DNA of 64,000 nucleotides from Octopus vulgaris (taxonomy: Eukaryota): NCBI GenBank assembly GCA_951406725.2, contig OX597816.1, positions 170,562,001 to 170,626,000 on the forward strand, written 5' to 3'. A model generated the notes under the pieces. It did not search any database. It was not told where the DNA came from and worked only from the letters and a program-made list of their open reading frames with translations. Shown here piece by piece: positions 1 to 12,525 of this stretch. The first letter of the stretch is position 1, and every line of letters begins with the position of its first letter. A program made the position numbers and the translations under genes.

Positions 1-119
1 GCGTTTTTCCATTAGATATATATATATATATAGTATTTAAGAGGAGAATTCAAGTACGTTCAGCAACATATAAATATATATTCAGCTATAAACTGATGTA
101 TATTGGTTATTAAAATACA

Positions 120-1420
120 TTAATGCATCAGGACTTAAATCTAAACCATCTATCCGGTTAATCTGTCCTACTAAATCAAACTTAGGCAAAATTAATAAAA
201 CAATTATACACAGAATATAACGTCGAATTAAGGATAATGTAGCCCCCCTCCATTTGGAATTCTACTGGTGATGTAATAACAGGGTTTCTTTCCCTGAAGG
301 GCAAACATCATATTAACTTCATTCAATTTGTAATTTCTGATTATTACCCATCAATAACATCCAACCTATTGGGTCAAGCATTATCCTTTGCCCGAAACTA
401 TGTAGCCATTTCTGCATCTCAAACAGACTTAATCCTGGCAGCTAGAAAAACTATAATCAACTTTAATGATAATAACTGGACCCAAAACACAAGCTCTGAC
501 TTTTTGATATAACAATGGGCTCTCTTGATTCAGCCCAAATAACGGAGCTTGTGGGATTGTTTCTTCTCTCGCAAATTGAGCACCACTTTCTAACATCTCC
601 GGTGGTCTCTATAAAGACGATGCACTTATCGCAACCAAAAATTTATCCTGTCCAGAGATTGAACCCACTAAGAAATATTTAACAAAATTCCTTAAAAGCT
701 ATAATCTAAATATTGTGTTTGGAATGGATAATAAAGTAGACAACTTCTTAGATGTCACATTTAACCTTAATACTAATATTCACTATCCATACAGAAAGCC
801 CAACCAAGCCCTTCACTACTTAAATGTTCTCTCTAATCATCCTAGATCAATCTTTAATGGTATGGTACCGGCTATTTCTATTAAAATTTCAAACTTATCC
901 GCGAATGAGGAGATATTTAACACTCACGCTCCGTATCAGAACCTAGCTCAAAAATTAAGCGGCTTCAAAAATGAAATATTTTTATATCCCTTATACAATA
1001 CACAAGACCAAAGTTGCCAATGTCTTGACGAGAAATAACTCACAATCTAACACTACGACCTCCTCTTTAGATACACCGATAATGTGTATGAAAAAAGAGT
1101 TTATGGATAAGGCCCAAATACATAATGTGGCATTTAGGAATTTACATAAATATAAACCGTATAACCCCAACCAACCTGGTGGGACCAAGCATTCAAAACC
1201 TAGAAAACGGGAAACTATATGGTTAGCCCCGCCCTTCTCTCTTAGGGTTAAATCATTACCGAAATTATTCTTTAAAATCTTGAAGGGACATTTCACAAAG
1301 CGTCATAAGTACTATCCTACCTTCAACAAATCCTCTGTAAAACTGTCGTACTTTACTACGCCGAAGTTAGGATCGATCATAGGTTTCATTAATAGATCCA
1401 AACATAGGCTTAAGTAATCT
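120..1420 (+). mobile_element. Penelope-like retroelement, decayed reverse transcriptase and linker region
   Basis: Frameshifted PLE RT motifs: DITMGSLDSAQITELVGLFLL (~507), GLYKDDAL (~604), NFLDVTFNL..YPYRKPN..HYLNVLSNHP (ORF 715..1038), RKRETIWLAPPFS linker (ORF 971..1417). Confidence 0.85.
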
Positions 1421-1790
1421 ACCCACCCAAATCCTTATATTGCACTCCATAACTCAAAAACTTACACTAGTTCTAATGAATGTATTACGTCGGTTTGGAG
1501 TCTGGAATGGAATAGCTTACCTTATGGGCAGGAAGAAGCTCTTTAATCTTGGGTGGTAATCTACCCAGGAGAAGGAAATCTCCGAAATAAAGCCTGAGGC
1601 CTTGGAAGTTCCTGGTTTTGTCAATTTTCATGTCACATCGGCGAAAGTCTTCTTGGGCCAATAGGTGGGGCTAGTGCAGTGCAAGCTACCCGACTGAAAA
1701 TTATTCATCTGCACAGGTTCTTCCTGTACAGCAAATCTTAGTAAAAATCATTGAATTGGAGTGTTGGCAGAGACCTAAAAATGCACTTGT

Positions 1791-1874
<84 letters not shown>

Positions 1875-1905
1875 AAACACGTGCTTTCACACACCAACTT
1901 TCTCA

Positions 1906-1964
<59 letters not shown>

Positions 1965-1969
<5 letters not shown>

Positions 1970-2611
1970 ACTGAGAATGTGTGTCTGTCTGTATGTAAGT
2001 ATGCATCACTATAACTCAAGAACTACACAAACGATTTCATTAAAATTATACACATTCCTTACTTAGAGTCCATGCAGTGTCATGGGCGAAACAATTTTCA
2101 ACTTCTTGCCTAATGCGAGCCCGAAGCATTCTCATATATCTTACATTATTTATTTAACTGTCAATCAGTGAGATATTACACTAAATCAATTGAAGATCAG
2201 ACAACAGACTCAGTAGTTGTCAATTTGTATTCTATCATTTGTAAATTCAACACAAGAAAGTCTCTTTTTCAAGTATGGACTGTATTAAACACACACACAC
2301 ACAGCACACATGTTTTGAGTTTTGGAAAATACAACATTGAACAAAGGATATTCTAATATTTGAATGAAACCATTTCACTTTAATTTGTGGAACCAGTTGC
2401 TCCTGTATGATAAAACTTAATATTTATTTAAACAGTGAGATATTAGACTAAATCAATTGAAGATCAGACAACAGACTGAGTAGTATTCTGTCATTTGCAA
2501 CTTCAACACAAGAAAGTCTCTATTTCAAGTATGGACTTTATGAAATTTTACTCATCATACATTGAAGGACAAATCTTTCAATTTACAATTTAATATAATG
2601 GAGCATTTAGT
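1965..2611 (+). mobile_element. Probable degenerate non-autonomous Helitron-like element with an internal duplication (2165-2290 / 2433-2540)
   Basis: 5' tatataa..gtgtgtctgtctg..ataactcaagaactac..acgatttcattaaaatt resembles Helitron-N starts; 3' end degenerate (..gcatttagt). Confidence 0.4.
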
Positions 2612-2614
2612 ATA

Positions 2615-2685
<71 letters not shown>

Positions 2686-4368
2686 CCTATTATATACATT
2701 ATATTATTTTTGTAATTTACTTAATCTTTACTTTTTAATTGTTATTTTAATTTTAACTTTTCTATGATATGTAATTTTCTAGATGGTGTAATTAAATTAT
2801 TCATTTTGAATTGATAAAATGTGGGTTTTTCCTAATATTTGATATATATGTATGTATATATATAGTGGTAATAATATCAACACAATTATTTCTCCTTTCT
2901 CTTTTTTTCCTCTTCTCCTTTCTTCCCTTCTCCAAACTCTCTCACACACGCACAGACACACACACACACACCTCCACGAAACAATCATAAAAAGAATTCT
3001 TCTCTAAACCCTAAAAACTATTTGACCATCCCTCATTAAACACACACATAGACACTCTCACAATGATAAAAAGACATAATTTATGGTCTACCTCCCCGCC
3101 ACTACACACTCAATAATACTATGAAATGGTCAAAACTGAAATTCTTTTTCCCCAAGATCTGAGACCACCCCTTGGAGTAAGCATGCTGTCCAGCAGAGCA
3201 AAAAATTATTTTCTTCTTCTTCCCTCTCCCTTCCCCTCTTTTTCTTTAGCACCCAATCCAAATACAAAAAAAACACTCACACGCACGCACGCACACACAC
3301 ACACATACTCTCTCTCTCTCTCTCTCACTTTCTCCTCATCCATCACCCTCTTGTACAAACTCGATACCACTATAAAATGGTCAAAACTTTTCACACAGGA
3401 ACTTAGTTTGATTTGAAAACCCCACTAGAATGGGAGAAAGCGCTAATACATGATCTAAGTTATATGATGTATAAAACATGTAATATACGAATAAATATCT
3501 GTAAATATAAACCATCCGATTTTCTGAGTACCTCATTTCTTCTAATATAAAATACCTGTACATCATCTCCAAACCTTCCTATAGATATAGATATATATAT
3601 ATATATGTGCTTATATATATGTTTATATCTATATCTATATATATATATATATTTGAATATATATAATTTATATATACAAAATAGACACAAATGAGCGTGT
3701 ATATACATGAATGCATGTAACATACATGAGTGTGTATGCGTTTTTATGTGTTAATGTATGTAAATATCTATATACCTGTGTAGATACATATGGGTGTATA
3801 CATCTTCACAGATATAAATTCTTCAATTCTTCTACTATTCCCTATTTTTCATTCCACCTCAGTTACACTACCCTTACCTTCTCTCTATACTTTTTATACC
3901 CATTCCCTTAAGCTCTATCACAACATACCTCACACTTTTTCACTTTTTACCCTCTTATCTCTTCCTCTCACTCTCCCCCTCATCTTTCCATTCTTCCTAT
4001 CATTTTATCCTGACCACAAGCTAGCACACCTTCTCTTCCTTCATGTTTTTATTGTCTCTCTCCCTTTTTATTCTTACTTTCTTCCTGTGTTTGATTTGAC
4101 CTTACAGACACATTCCCAACTTTTAAGTCACTTCAAAAAACCCTCGATCGAATAACACCGTTTACAAGACTCTATGCTTGGAGTGACCAATTATAAACAC
4201 AATTGGAACTCACACACAAGGTACAGGAAACATATATACACCATACTGCTTAAATAATGGAAATGTAGATACAATATCCCTACGTATCTCACGTCTGGTT
4301 TTCATACCTCTACTTCTCTCTGTAGTTTATGTCTTCTCTATAATAAGTATTAAACATTTTCTCGCACT

Positions 4369-4416
4369 GCCTCTGATGAAGGGATGTATAAAATATCCCG
4401 GAAACAGCTATAAGGC
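4369..4416 (+). ncRNA. Minimal type-I hammerhead ribozyme motif (Penelope pLTR type), probably decayed
   Basis: Stem I gcct/aggc; CTGATGA 4373-4379; stem II gggatgt/atatccc; GAAA 4401-4404; near-palindromic stem III cagcta, then TA. Confidence 0.7.
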
Positions 4417-4484
4417 CTTCTTACTATAAATGTTCTGAAAACTATTCACAGCCTTGGATTTTTATCTCAAGATATATATATATA

Positions 4485-4593
<109 letters not shown>

Positions 4594-4732
4594 TAGTTGA
4601 ATGAATTATCCTAGTATGGATAATTCGATTAACCGATACCCGGGTAGCAAATTCACGTAAGAAAACACGGTTGAAGCTACATGCCAAGATCACGTGCTTT
4701 CGTGTGGAAATTTGTGTGTTTTTTTACTATAA

Positions 4733-4830
4733 ATAAATGAAAGAATGGAGTTGAACGACGATTTAACAGAATTCCTTTATTAATAAATTAACAATTTTGT
4801 TAAATCGTCGTTCCACTCCATTCTTTCATT

Positions 4831-4833
<3 letters not shown>
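4733..4833. repeat. Hairpin/inverted repeat with ~40 bp arms and ~19 nt spacer
   Basis: ataaatgaaagaatggagttgaacgacgatttaacagaatt vs aattttgttaaatcgtcgttccactccattctttcatttat. Confidence 0.85.
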
Positions 4834-4887
<54 letters not shown>

Positions 4888-4906
4888 TTATATATAAACA
4901 TATATA

Positions 4907-5645
4907 CAGGGGTTGGACAAAATAATAGAAACACCTAGCATCATAATTTTGAAATATGTGTAAAAACGTCAAAAGCTTATTTGTTTTTATGTTTTTTCAT
5001 TTATTATTAGTGTTGCTTAATATGTTTTGCTAAAATTGGTGTGTCTTTTCAGATATCACAAGAAAAAAGTGATTAATATTCATTAAAATGACAGGTCTAT
5101 CGAACCTTCAAACAGGTCAAACTGTTGGTGTTCGTATGCCTGGTGCTAGCGTAACGAAAACGGCCGAAATGTTTGGGGTATCAAGAAGTACTGTCTCGAA
5201 AGTAATGATGGCCTTTGAGAAGAAGGGGAAAAAACCTCCTCGTCGAAATAAAACTCCAGAAGATAAACAAAACTTTCAGATGGAGACCATCGGACTCTTA
5301 CGCGAATTGTTAGAAAGGATCACAAAAGCACAGCTCCCAAAATTACTGCAGAAATTCATGACCACCTCGAGAACCCAGTTTCCACAAAAACTGTTCACCG
5401 GAAGCTGCACAAAGCCGGATTTCACGGGAGGGCTACATTCAGAAAACTAATGCTTTCAAAAATAAATGTTTCAAAGCGTTTAGAGTGGAGTAAAAACCTA
5501 CAGAATAGGTCCCTAGAGCAGCGGAAGAATGTTATGTTCTTGGACGAGTCATCCTTCACCGGCCGGGACAGCTAAAGAAGCATTTGACCCAGACTGCCGT
5601 CTTCCAACTGTAAACATGGAAGATCTGTGATGATCCGGAGGAGCT
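4907..5645 (+). mobile_element. Tc1-like DNA transposon, 3'-truncated copy (same family as 57403-58627)
   Basis: TA + TIR caggggttggacaaaata; ORF 5088..5450 HTH (QTGQTVG..GASVTKTAEMFGVSRSTVSKV); LDES motif near 5540. Confidence 0.88.
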
Positions 5646-5699
5646 AGCCATTACGAAAAGCTATTACATGTGGAGGATGAATGGGAGACTTGGATTCCC

Positions 5700-6003
5700 C
5701 CACCACCACCACCAACCCCCGCCTGTGAACCCAACAGAGGGACTAGCTATTCTAGGTGACAGCGGTATGACAGATAAGGCAAATAAAGATATTAAGACAA
5801 GGAAAGCCTTTGGTCTTTCAAGAATCACAACTGAGATGCTGAAAATATCTACCACCACCACCACCAACCCCCGCCTGTGAACCCAACAGAGGGACTAGCT
5901 ATTCTAGGTGACAGCGGTATGACAGATAAGGCAAATAAAGATATTAAGACAAGGAAAGCCTTTGGTCTTTCAAGAATCACAACTGAGATACTTAAAATAT
6001 CTA
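5700..6003 (+). repeat. 152-bp tandem duplication (5700-5851 / 5852-6003) at the start of an RTE fragment
   Basis: Two near-identical copies beginning ccaccaccaccaccaacccccgcc. Confidence 0.9.
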
Positions 6004-6460
6004 GAGTTGGATACCGTCTAGTTACCTGCTTAGGTAATCCGATTTTTGAGGAAGGCATAATCCCCGCCCGAAGACTAGAGTGTAGCAGCATCATTATTCA
6101 TCTGCTACAAGGATAATGGAGATACCTTAGGTAGAAGCAATTATAGAGGCATCTAATTACAGGGCCAGGTGATGAACGTTACGGAGAGAGTCATTGCCTA
6201 ATCAATTAGGAAGAGAACTGAGTTAGATGAAATGCAGTTCAGGTTTGTGCTGGAGAGAAGCATTGTTGCTGCTACTTTGAAAGTCAAGCAGCTGCAAAAG
6301 ATGTTTTCGGCCAAGAATCAGCCGTTGTGTTTGGCATTTGTTGATCTCGCGAAAGCCTTCGACAGAGTACTTCGATCTGGGATATCGTGGAAGGTAGGAA
6401 TAGACGAATAGCTTGTGAATGCAGAACAGGCCATGTTCATGAGTGCCGTCAATATGATAA
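5770..6460 (+). mobile_element. RTE-clade LINE reverse transcriptase fragment (decayed)
   Basis: KDIKTRKAFGLSRITTEMLK...SNYRGI...LDEMQFRFV...PLCLAFVDLAKAFDRV with stops and frameshifts. Confidence 0.85.
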
Positions 6461-6865
6461 ATAATGGACTAAGTATCTGCTGAATGATAGAACCCTTTTC
6501 GTTTGATTAGAGATGTGCTCAAAATACAATTGGACATGATACTACATGGCAATCTGTTCAAAAGTATCAAATTAACGGCGCCCCTACGCAAATCAGACAT
6601 TGTCTTCAACGAAAAGGGAAGAACAACGACTGATTACGATTGTGGGGGCCATGGAAAGATCCATGCTAGTAATACCGGTGAGAGAGCACATTCGTCACGG
6701 GAGAACGATGTGATAGCGGAATAGGGAAACCACAAGTACCGCAGGAGTAGCCATAAAGCAATAAAACACACACAACACAGGTGGAACCATGTGGATATCA
6801 AAGAAATATAAAGAATCGAAAGAGACGGGTAATGTTTAAAGACACCTGAATGTCTACACGATAAA

Positions 6866-6899
<34 letters not shown>

Positions 6900-6901
<2 letters not shown>

Positions 6902-7121
6902 AATTAATATGTTACCATTATTTAATAGCCAAGATAAAACTCTGAGTTTCGGATGCCGAAGTGGAAATCCACAACACAATCTCTTCGGTTATCTGGCCAT
7001 CTGAAAAAAAGCGTTTTTTCAGATGGCCAGATAACCGAAGAGATGGTGTTGTAGATTTCCACTTCGGCATCCGAAACTCAGAGTTTTATTTTGGCTATTG
7101 AATAATGGTAACATTAATTTA
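6900..7121. repeat. Near-perfect ~220 bp palindrome (two ~110 bp arms, 4 nt loop), pLTR-like, each arm containing a hammerhead-like motif
   Basis: Arms 6900-7009 and 7014-7121 are reverse complements with few mismatches; a third copy lies at 23733-23820. Confidence 0.9.
7026..7095 (+). ncRNA. Hammerhead-like motif with CCGAAGA core (mirror copy 6928-6997 on the minus strand)
   Basis: Stem I gcca-gataa/ttatt-tggc; core 7035-7041; stem II gatg..catc; GAAA 7073-7076; stem III actc-a-gagt; GTT site. Confidence 0.6.
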
Positions 7122-7189
7122 CAGATAAATTTCCTCTATTTACATAATATTGAGGTCTATTTCTTTCTTTTGTTATCTTACCGTTTTTA

Positions 7190-7253
<64 letters not shown>

Positions 7254-7429
7254 TGTATGTATACATGGCGGGGTGCGTACTTTTATTTTTATTGATTTAT
7301 CTATTTGATCGAAGTCATATAGTTTTCTTATCAAGGGTTTCATAACTACTATGTAATCAACAAAAGATTATATAAGAAAATAATAATTTTTGTAGAGTGT
7401 CTAAGTTTCGATTATTCAAAGCAACTTAC

Positions 7430-7580
7430 TATTTCTGCAAGCCCATAATATGCCTTGTACGCCGACAATGGGTAATTGTGTATCAAAGTGTTTATACAAT
7501 GTTCAGCTTCTTCCATTTTCTTCAATTTGAATTTTACGTAACACAAGTTCCACAAGACGTCTTCTCGATCCATCTGTGAA
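7430..7580 (-). CDS. TMTC4: TMTC4-like exon (151 nt, phase 2-0): SQMDREDVLWNLCYVKFKLKKMEEAEHCINTLIHNYPLSAYKAYYGLAEI, TPR
   Basis: Acceptor attttccttag; donor ATA|gtaagt; TPR pattern; lies inside ORF 7412..7681; phase matches the previous exon. Confidence 0.85.
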
Positions 7581-8598
7581 CTAAGGAAAATATGTCTTAG
7601 AGTAATTGGAAGATATGAAACGTGGAACATAGATATAGAAAAATGTTTACTATTAGCACTGAAAATCAGGTAATTTACCATTATCCGTTGGTTACGAGTT
7701 AATATGCGCTGCTACTGCTGAACAATAATTTTCGTGCATGAAAGTTACAGAGGATTTAGTGACTGCCGTGTCTTTCATATTTGAAAAGTCGCTTGTTATG
7801 ATATGACTTCTATTGTATATATATATATATATATGTATGTATATGCACATATATACGTATAAATACATACATACACACATACACACATACATACATATAT
7901 ATAAGCATTCGTAATTCAAACATTTTATATATATTATTTATATTCTTTATCAAAAGAAAACGCATATTGCATTTATTTCATTAATTAATGCTTAAGAAAA
8001 TAACTGATTAATTAATCGATCGGTGAGTTAATTGCTTGATCAATCAATAAATTATGTGCTTCGTTATAGTCATTTCCACGTCGATCGTAAACTAATTAAT
8101 TACATATCATCTTTACTCCGTGTCGGTCTCGTTACTTCTAAGATTTTTTGACTGCAGAGTTTTATTGATGTGTTTCTTTAGGTGAAGATTGTGCATGAGC
8201 GCGCCCGTGTGTGTCTGTGTGTGTGTGTCTGCCTGTGCAAAGAGAAACATTGTGCTGTAAAATACGAGCCGTAAGAGAATAGTATGTTTATGAGAATAAA
8301 TCTGACGAAATGATTGTAGGTATTAAATGTATAAATATATACGTGTATGTACTTGTGTGTATATATATATGTATGAGTGTGTGTGAGTGGGTGTGTGTAG
8401 ATAGATAGAAAAATACAAATGCACACACACACACACTTATATCTCTCTATTATCAATCTATCTATCTATCTAACCATCTATCAATCCATATGTATATATA
8501 AATATATAAATATACAAAAATACATTTATGTATAATAGAAATATTAAAATTACTAAGTCTCTCTAACAGAGATTACGGCAGCGTTACTGGAAATTAAT

Positions 8599-9074
8599 TG
8601 TTATCGCCATATTAATATGGCAGTCTTATAGATATAAGACTAAAGCTGTCACTGATTACCTCCATACGGCCTTCGCCTTAAGCTAGCTATTTGACACACG
8701 AACTGCGTCCATTATAACCTTCGAACAAGGGAGGTCAGTCGCTTCACACTGCCAGTAATTTTAATATTTCTATTATTGAAAACAAGTGGATGTATTCCAC
8801 CGAAACTAGATAAATAAGGCCTTCGAACAGAGACGATCAGTAGCGACACCTGCTGGGTCTGACTACGCTGCATTGATAAAGGGCAACTACCCTGAAACGC
8901 GTCTGTAGCTGTCTGACTGGCAGTGTGAAGCGGCTGACCTCGCTTGTTCGAAGGTTATAATGGACGCAGTTTGTGTGTCAAATAGCTAGCTTAAGGCGAT
9001 GGCCTCATGGAGCTAATCAGCGACAGCTTTAGTCTTATATCTATAAGACTGCCATATTAATATGGCGATAACAT
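8599..9074. repeat. Inverted repeat with ~158 bp arms (8599-8756 / 8916-9074), Penelope-type inverted pLTR arrangement
   Basis: Arms are reverse complements with scattered mismatches; an extra 23 bp inverted pair at 8532-8554 / 8754-8776. Confidence 0.9.
8867..8909 (+). ncRNA. Minimal type-I hammerhead ribozyme with U3-A8 core (TTGATAA)
   Basis: Stem I gctgca/tgtagc; stem II aggg/ccct; GAAA 8894-8897; palindromic stem III ACGCGT; GTC site 8901-8903. Confidence 0.72.
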
Positions 9075-9075
9075 T

Positions 9076-9110
<35 letters not shown>

Positions 9111-9113
<3 letters not shown>

Positions 9114-10350
9114 CATTATAGATATAGTGTAAAAAATTATTAATGTATAATTAATGAATTTTACCAATTAGTTTCGGTATGGAAAGGAACCATATTCAGT
9201 AAAAACTTCTGCAATAAGTTTTATGTATAATTATAACAATAATTAAGGGTTTAGCAACAGGTTGCTTCACCACATACCGAAAATCTAGAAATAGCAGCCA
9301 AAAGACTGTTATTTCATTTCGCTACAAAATATGACTCCACAGATAACACTATCTGTAACTCACATAGGTAAAAAGAAGGGAAATAATTAAATCAAACAGT
9401 TTTCGATTAATTATAGACGCGTTTCTGGATTAGAATTATAAAATTTCATTTCCTTTATCAACATAATATTTCGAGAATTATAAACTTGAAAATGCCAGAA
9501 ATCTTACCCTTTGCATTTCTGACCAAGCGCCATCAGAACATAACACAAGGCAGTCAGCATATCCAAACTTATATAGACGAATGAAATTCATATTTTCCCT
9601 CCAAATTTACCACGTGCGTTACGAGACAGTGCCGCAGAAAGAGATCCGCAGCATTTTGTTACCAGGGAGTAAAATAATCATTATAGATATAGGGTAAGAA
9701 GGTATTAATTTATATTTAATAAATTTTACTAAGTAGTTTCGGTATGGAAAAGAACCCTATTCGGTAAAAACATATACAAGAAGTTTTATATATAACTAGC
9801 AGTATCGCCCGGCGTTGCTCGGGTTTGTAAGGGAAATAACTATATAAGCATTATTAGAGAGTTACTTCCCTTATAGATGCCAATTCGGGCTTTCTTAGCC
9901 ATTTCTGTTTTGGTGTCTTCAAGCCATGAAGTCGTTGTTCTAAAAGAACGCTGGTCTCCTTGACAACGCTTTACGACGTTGATTTCCTTACACTCCCTTC
10001 CCCACAGCTTCACGAGGGAAGAAGGGGGAGAAGCAAACAGGTGCAGGTGTGACCATGGACGCCAACTCCGCCGCCATCGACACACAAAAAATTATGCATT
10101 AAAATGGAGTAAGAAATGATGTTAAATTATTTTTAAAATCGTAGAATCATCGTAGACGCGCGCTAATACTCAGACGGGCTCGATATGAATCACGACTATA
10201 AGATACCCGAATTTGGTTAAACTGCACCGCAAAATGTGGGAGTAGTTAGGAATCTAAATCGAAAGGGACAGACACTCACACAACTACAGTTTTATATATA
10301 GAGATTATAACAATAATAAAAGGTTTAGCAACAAGTTGCTTAACCACATA
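9111..10350. repeat. Diverged direct repeat (9111-9290; second copy 9676-9795 + 10305-10350, split by a Helitron)
   Basis: Shared aatcattatagatatag...gtttcggtatggaaa...ttataacaataat..ggtttagcaac..gttgct..accacata. Confidence 0.8.
9796..10304 (-). mobile_element. Non-autonomous Helitron
   Basis: 5'-TC start, 3' hairpin cccg-agcaacgc-cggg then CTAG; inserted between A and T with no TSD; empty site visible in the paralogous repeat at ~9230. Confidence 0.9.
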
Positions 10351-10782
10351 TCACGTGTATATATTTTATCAATTTGCCTGTACGACTGATAATTCGCTTC
10401 CCACGCATGATGATATTTTGATAACACCATCCCATATGTATATATATATATTTATAAATAATTTGATGTATTTCGTTTCTTTGAATAATGTTTGGTCACT
10501 TCAACCTAAATTTTGCAGGCATGGTGGGGGGACATTTTAGTAGTAGATAGAAGGCATACTTTGGCTGAAGAGAAACAGGCACCTATTTGGCGCTAATTTC
10601 GAAACTGGTACCAAGTAGACCAGCAGAGGTAAGACGTTTTTCCTACCATGCCTATAGTAGATTTGTGACTATTTCAATAAACCTTGGAATTTCTACCTTT
10701 ATATGTAACATCTTTGATACTTATGTGAATTTTTTGCCACTCTGATAGCTATTTGTTTATTTGTGCACATTGAAAAAAATAC

Positions 10783-10840
<58 letters not shown>

Positions 10841-10843
<3 letters not shown>

Positions 10844-11008
10844 AGTGGCTGTGTGGTAAGTAGGTTGCTTACCAACCACATGGTTCCGGGTTCAGTCCCA
10901 CTGCGTGGCACCTTGGGCAAGTGTCTTCTACTATAGCCTCGGGCCGACCAATGCCTTGTGAGTGGATTTGGTAGACGGAAACTGAAAGAAGACCGTCATA
11001 TATATATG

Positions 11009-11075
<67 letters not shown>

Positions 11076-11260
11076 CTGTGTTTGTCCCTCCAACATCGTT
11101 TGACAACCGATGCTGGTGTGTTTAGGTCCCCGTTCGGCAACAGAGACCGATAAAATAAGTACTAGGCTTACAAAGAATAAGTCTTGGGGTCGATTTGCTC
11201 GACTAAAAGGTGGTGCTCCAGCATGACCACAGTCAAATGACTGAAATAAGTAAAAGAGTA
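10841..11260 (+). mobile_element. tRNA-derived SINE, family A
   Basis: A box tggctgtgtggtaag, B box ggttcagtccc, ccttgggcaagtg core, internal (TA)n(TG)n, tail ggtgctccagcatg..gactgaaa..gtaaaagag; ~11 copies in the window. Confidence 0.9.
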
Positions 11261-11339
11261 TATATATATATATATGTATGTATGTATGTTTGTTTGTATG
11301 AGTGTGTATATGTATGTATGTAAGTATATATGTAAACAT

Positions 11340-12235
11340 GCAAAACGAGGGAAGGCAAAGAGGTGGAGACTATCAGACGATGGGTATTTAAGTATAAATA
11401 TACAGATATTTATATTAATAGATCTGACTTACACAGAGTAAACAAGATAGACAAAATTAAAGAGGTGGAAGAAAGGTGCTATAATCCAACAGCTATTTCT
11501 GGGGCTTGGAGATCCATGATGATGTTGGTAGATGTAGTTCATCACAATATGCGGCCGTAACTGAAGCAAACTTTGGTTAAGACGAGCCTGCGTGATCAGG
11601 CTAGAGATGTTCGTGCATTTCAGATGTTAATGCAGAGAAGTTCAAATGTAAATCCTTTGCACATGATTTCACTGAAGGCGTAGGTCTGCAAAAATATTTT
11701 CAACGTTGGGCTGGACAGATGGGCAACCTAGATATGGTGTTGTTTTGTCTTGGCCTGTTTTCAGTTTTGGTGCTCATCATCGAAGGTCCTGTGTGTGCCA
11801 GCCGTGTTTTCAATCCCTCATTACGGATCGCATGACTTCATTTGCTACAAAGTGGTAGCTTTACAAAACACGTATTGGTCTTGGCTGTATTGATTTTGCT
11901 AGGTGATCTGACGATGTCTTAGCGTTTAGTGAATGAATATTGACAGACACTCTCCACCAAGAATTTCCCGAATTGTATGGGGTTGCCGTTTTTGCTTCCC
12001 GCCTCATTGCATCTACTGTGTATCTTGTGAATCTTATTTGTAATGTAGGCCGTCTTCGCTCTGATTGGTAGGGATGAATAATAAGAAACATATAAGGCCC
12101 ATACATGTTGCTTTTTTGTAAAAGTTGGTGGAGATACATTTGGTGTTAATGATTCTGAGTTCAAAGGCAGAATCAAGGGACCAGCGTTATTGAGGAACCA
12201 CTTCAAATTCTATTTGTTCATCGATATTGTTGTAC
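11340..12235 (-). mobile_element. Penelope-like element remnant (RT thumb and endonuclease-like region)
   Basis: ORF 11919..12206 KK...LYVSYYSSLPIRAKTAYITNKIHKIHSRC resembles the PLE thumb; Cys-containing GIY-YIG-like remnant near 11600-11670. Confidence 0.5.
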
Positions 12236-12240
12236 ATATT

Positions 12241-12525
12241 GTATGTATGTATGTATGTATGTATGTATGTATGTATGTATGTATGTATGTATGTATGTAT
12301 GTATGTATTTATGTATGTATGTATGTATGTATGTATGTATGTATGTATGTATTTATGTATGTATGTATGTATGCATGTATGCATGTATGTATGTATGTAT
12401 GTATGTATGTATGTATGTATGTATGTATGTATGTATGTGTGTACGTATGTATGTATGTATGTATGTATGTATGTATGTATGTATGTATGTATGTATGTAT
12501 GCATGTATGTATGTATGTATGCATG
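12241..12525. repeat. (TATG)n microsatellite
   Basis: Direct reading; source of the spurious YVCM/HTYI ORFs. Confidence 0.97.
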
